Below, one piece after another: positions 59,410 through 64,000 of a DNA stretch of 64,000 nt; position 1 is the stretch's first letter, and every line of letters begins with the position of its first letter. The notes under the pieces were generated by a model, which had not been told where the DNA came from, searched no databases, and saw nothing but the letters and a program-made list of their open reading frames with translations. Source of the DNA: Eledone cirrhosa (taxonomy: Eukaryota); NCBI GenBank assembly GCA_964016885.1, contig CAXHJY010001315.1:25251-89250 (forward strand). Direction: 5' to 3'. The position numbers and the translations under genes are program-made.

Positions 59410-59457
<48 letters not shown>

Positions 59458-59485
59458 TATAGTTATATATATATATGTGTATAGT

Positions 59486-59523
<38 letters not shown>

Positions 59524-59549
59524 AGTATATATATATATATATATATATA

Positions 59550-59722
59550 GTGGTAAAACACTGGGAGGTTATATCCGTAGTAGTAGAGAACTCAGTCGAG
59601 TGTGAAGATCTGCAAGGTGAAACACGTGTCCTGCATAATGATTAATTGATGGTTGTGGAACTAACTTGAATGAGAAAGTAGTGTGAAACTACTGGTCATT
59701 TGTGACGGATGACCGTTTTAAC
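59550..59722. mobile_element. Family M-related element, back-to-back arms (degenerate HHR ~59600-59635 +)
   Basis: UGAAGA-UCU gca AGGU-GAAA-CACGUG-UC. Confidence 0.6.
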
Positions 59723-59856
59723 ATATATACAGGCAGTGGCGGACTGTGTCTTGCCATGAGATGAAGGAGGCCCAACTACATATAGAATGCTTTTCCTTCT
59801 CTTCTTCTGAAATGTCCATTTCCCTGCCTCCTATTCTCTCACTTTATCATTATTTG

Positions 59857-59914
<58 letters not shown>

Positions 59915-60262
59915 CATCTGGAGAGAGAGGTGCTGTACTCCAGCAAGTTTTATGAAAGGTGGGTGAAAGTGGCGAGAATGGCCCGAGTGAATGGGCCTTC
60001 TCTCTATATCAGCCTGTAGGTTGAGGAAAAGGAGTACAAACTCTTCGTACTCCTGGAGATGAGGGCTGCACATTTTTTCGGGGGTATGTGTTACCCATAT
60101 AAACTGTCTCCCCTTATTGGGGAAATCGACTAACTTTTTAAATTGCATTTGTGATAACATTTTACACGTTTTTATTGTATGTAAACTTACTTCCTTTGTA
60201 TTTGTCCCCTTCTTTTGTGCCCCTGTGGCTAATAAAGAAACATATCTATCTATCCATCTCTC

Positions 60263-60353
<91 letters not shown>

Positions 60354-60359
<6 letters not shown>

Positions 60360-60799
60360 GTTTGTATATGTATAATAAAGCCAAAACAATGCAGGTATGG
60401 ACATAGAATAAAGAATGCAGATGCAAAAGATATTGTTGACAATTAGTCTTTTACCTTAGATTTATTTAAATGTCCTTAATTTTCGAGATAATATCTCTTC
60501 TTCGGAGGGAAGTAAAGCGGTTAAACCACTGTTCTAAATAGCTTACCAAGTCATGCTGACAGGATGACTTGTAAGCTATTTAGAACACTGGTTTAACCGC
60601 TTTACTTCCCTCCGAAGAAGAGATATCTCGAAAATTAAGGACATTTAAATAAATCTAAGGTAAAAGACTAATTGTCAACAATATCTTTTGCATCTGCATT
60701 CTTTATTCTATGTCCATACCTGCATTGTTTTGGCTTTATTATACATATACAAACGTTTATACCTTATTACACAATGCTTCAAGTGAACTATAACCTCCT

Positions 60800-60801
<2 letters not shown>
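60354..60801. mobile_element. Family F palindromic element
   Basis: Arms of ~205 bp (60354-60558 / 60560-60760). HHR-like CCU-CCGAAGA..GAGA/UCUC-GAAA-AUUA-AGG. Confidence 0.85.
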
Positions 60802-60834
<33 letters not shown>

Positions 60835-60837
<3 letters not shown>

Positions 60838-61647
60838 TGTCGGACTGGGTCTAAAAATATTGGTTGCCAGGAGATGAAAGGGACCACCTACATATAGAAT
60901 GATATCATTTAATTTTTATAATGAATAAATAACATTTTCGAAAAATACATAAATGGAAACAGAACAGTGCAATCAAATTTTTGCGGAAAAATATCTTACC
61001 TTCTCCCATAAAAAATATTATGTATTTTGCGAAATCCAGAGACTTTCACTGATGACCAGGAGTGGACCCTAAATATTACTAATAGCTCTAGGAAAGGCAT
61101 AAACGTCACCGCATCTTTTTAACTTTGATTTTGAAAGTAGGTTTATAATTATCAATTTTCATTATACTTCTGTAGTTGTCTCGGTGGCCTAGTTGGAAGA
61201 ATGATAGACGGTGATGATCTTGGTCTGAAGTTCGATCCTGGTCGGGAGTAGGGTCAGGAAAAAACAGTTTCAGTTTTTTTTCTATTGGTTGTAAAATAAA
61301 CACTAAAAAAGGTTACATGTACCTCTTGACCAGGATTGAAACCAAGGTCAGAATCTCCACCGTCTCTTGTACCTACCGTTTGGCCACAGGGACAACTACA
61401 AAAATCTTATGAAAATTCATACTTATAAACCTACTTTCGAAATTTTCAATACAAAGTATTTTGGGGTCGTTCATGCCTTTCTTAATGTTATTGCTCCTAC
61501 TTAAGGTCGATTTTTAAATCATTTGGGTGTTCTATAATCTACATCCTCGTTTTGTTTCACATCTATCTAGACTATATTTTAACCTGTAATCCATGTATTA
61601 TTTCTGTTCCACGTCATTTCTCCCCCCTCCCCGCCTCTCACTCTCAC

Positions 61648-61716
<69 letters not shown>

Positions 61717-62070
61717 CTCTCTCTCTCTGTGATATTTGAATCTACTATGATCTGGGCTTACCTTATTCCTATATATATGTTTTTGCATGTCAGATTCAAA
61801 CTTGCAATGATTGGCATTATATATATATATATATATATATATACGGTGGCGGACTGGGTCTAAAAATATTGGTTGCCAGGAGATGAAGGGGACCCACCTA
61901 CATATAAAATGATATCATTTAACTTTTATAATGAATAAATAAAAGTTTCAAAAAATACATAAGAGAAAACAAAACAGAGCAATCAAATTTTTGAGGTAAA
62001 ACATCTTAGCTTCTCCAATAAAAAATATTATGTAATTTGCGAATTCCAGAGATTTTCAATAATGACCTTT
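60835..62070. repeat. Two diverged copies of a hAT-like transposon end (60835-61060, 61844-62070), related end at 59733
   Basis: CAGTG(G/T)CGGACTG termini and ~225 bp of shared sequence. Confidence 0.55.
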
Positions 62071-62114
62071 GGTCTTTTACACGCACTCAGTATTTATATA
62101 TATATATATACTCA

Positions 62115-62160
<46 letters not shown>

Positions 62161-62290
62161 GTGTCCAGAGCGAGTAGAGTAGAGCTCTGCCGTTGGGGTC
62201 ATACATTTTGCTATTACCCACTCTACTACCCTATGTATTGAGTACGCTGGTGCGTTATGATCTATCTGGTTCCTTACCACAACTCCTTCG

Positions 62291-62337
<47 letters not shown>

Positions 62338-62339
<2 letters not shown>

Positions 62340-62597
62340 TATTGATTTATTGATTTTTTATCTGAGTGTCCCAAATCTTCCAGATCGCAATTTTTCGGTT
62401 GTATGGTTGATTATAGACTTGTTCTATGTGTGACGGTATTTTAACGATAGTTATAGCTCTGATTTATCTAAATTATTGAGCCCTCTGCCGCTCATATCGA
62501 ATTTTGTTTATCGTGAACTCGTGCGCCGATTTTTCGATACTCGATTATTCTACTATATATATTTATATATATATATGTGTGTGTACGTATATGCGTG

Positions 62598-62642
<45 letters not shown>

Positions 62643-62714
62643 GTATTTAATATAGAAATGGTTTCTACAGAACGAAAACTGTGGTTACCCACGATTAAAC
62701 ACACACGCACACAC

Positions 62715-62803
<89 letters not shown>

Positions 62804-62813
62804 CACCGAGAAA

Positions 62814-62853
<40 letters not shown>

Positions 62854-63152
62854 TAGAGATAATTATCTGGTTTGTTTTGACCGATACGAAAACAATTCCA
62901 TGTGGTAAGGCAAACGTAAGCGAGTTGAAGATACGAACGTTTCTGATTACAGGACTCCAACAGTACAGCTACGACCATGTGTAATATAGTGAGTTTGATC
63001 AAGACTTAGATATATAAGATAAGATATTATTGGGACCGAAGAATGACCTACAAGCTAGAAGCAGATCATTTATAAACAATAAACAACTGATGATAAATAT
63101 GAGATACATGCATACGTGTGTGAATGTAGAATATATATGCGTATATATATAT

Positions 63153-63236
<84 letters not shown>

Positions 63237-63253
63237 ATGTATATATGTGTATG

Positions 63254-63298
<45 letters not shown>

Positions 63299-63440
63299 AT
63301 AAACAATAAACAACTGATGATAAATATGAGCTACATGCATATGTGTGTAAATGTATACACACACATATATATATATATGTATATATATATTTATATCTCT
63401 CTCTCTATATATATATATATTATATATATATATATATATG

Positions 63441-63531
<91 letters not shown>

Positions 63532-63815
63532 CTATATATCTATATATATTTACCATCTTTCTAGCGCGTCCGGTTATGCTTTTTACATTCATTTGATTTA
63601 TTGATTTATTGATATTTTATCTGAGTGTCCCGAATCTTCCAGATCGTAATTTTTCGGTCGTATGGTTGATTTTAGACATGTTCTATGTGTGTCGGTATTT
63701 TAACGATAGTTATAGCTCTGATTTATCTGAATTATTGAGCCCTCTGCCGCTCATTTCGAATTTTGTTTATCGTGAACTCGTGCGCCGATTTTTCGATACT
63801 CGATTATTCTACTAT
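62338..63815 (+). repeat. Direct repeat of ~215 bp (62338-62555 and 63597-63815)
   Basis: High similarity by eye. Both end in (TA)n. Confidence 0.8.
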
Positions 63816-63869
63816 ATCTATATATATATATATATATCATCATAATCATCCACATCATTTTACGTCCCC

Positions 63870-64000
63870 TTTTCCAGAGAGAGAGAGAAAGAGACAATAG
63901 GTAGATAGATGCATAGATATGTTTCTTTATTAGCCACAGGGGCACAAAAGAAGGGGACAAATACAAAGGGGGAAGTTTACATACAATAAAAACGTGTAAA
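63870..64000 (-). repeat. Inverted copy of 60160-60290
   Basis: TTTATTAGCCACAGGGGCACAAAAGAAGGGGACAAATAC is the reverse complement of 60197-60235. Confidence 0.8.

Overview
AT-rich, microsatellite-saturated eukaryotic non-coding DNA. An octopus-like host is inferred from the repeat content only. I cannot support any host gene; almost all ORF-track entries are (TA)n/(CA)n/(GA)n artefacts. The only real coding unit is a young Penelope-like retroelement (PLE) at ~3240-9039: a coiled-coil/basic ORF1, an RT + GIY-YIG ORF2, and a 1.6-kb inverted 3' copy. ORF1 and ORF2 overlap in the -1 frame across an in-phase U UUU UUA slippery heptamer, suggesting a gag-pol-like programmed frameshift. The rest of the window holds about 15 distinct families of short, mostly 150-450 bp, hammerhead-ribozyme (HHR) elements. 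They sit in (TA)n tracts, often as head-to-head palindromes with both 3' ends outward. Many share a GAGT(G/A)CT motif near the 3' end, some have fixed 5' ends that match a predicted TSS, and some carry non-canonical cores (U3-A8, A4). Also present: many tRNA-derived Meta-type SINEs (some in tandem arrays at one target), zinc-finger LINE 3' ends in (ATAC)n, a hAT MITE, and degenerate telomere-like repeats. All structures and coordinates were read by eye and may be off by a few nt.
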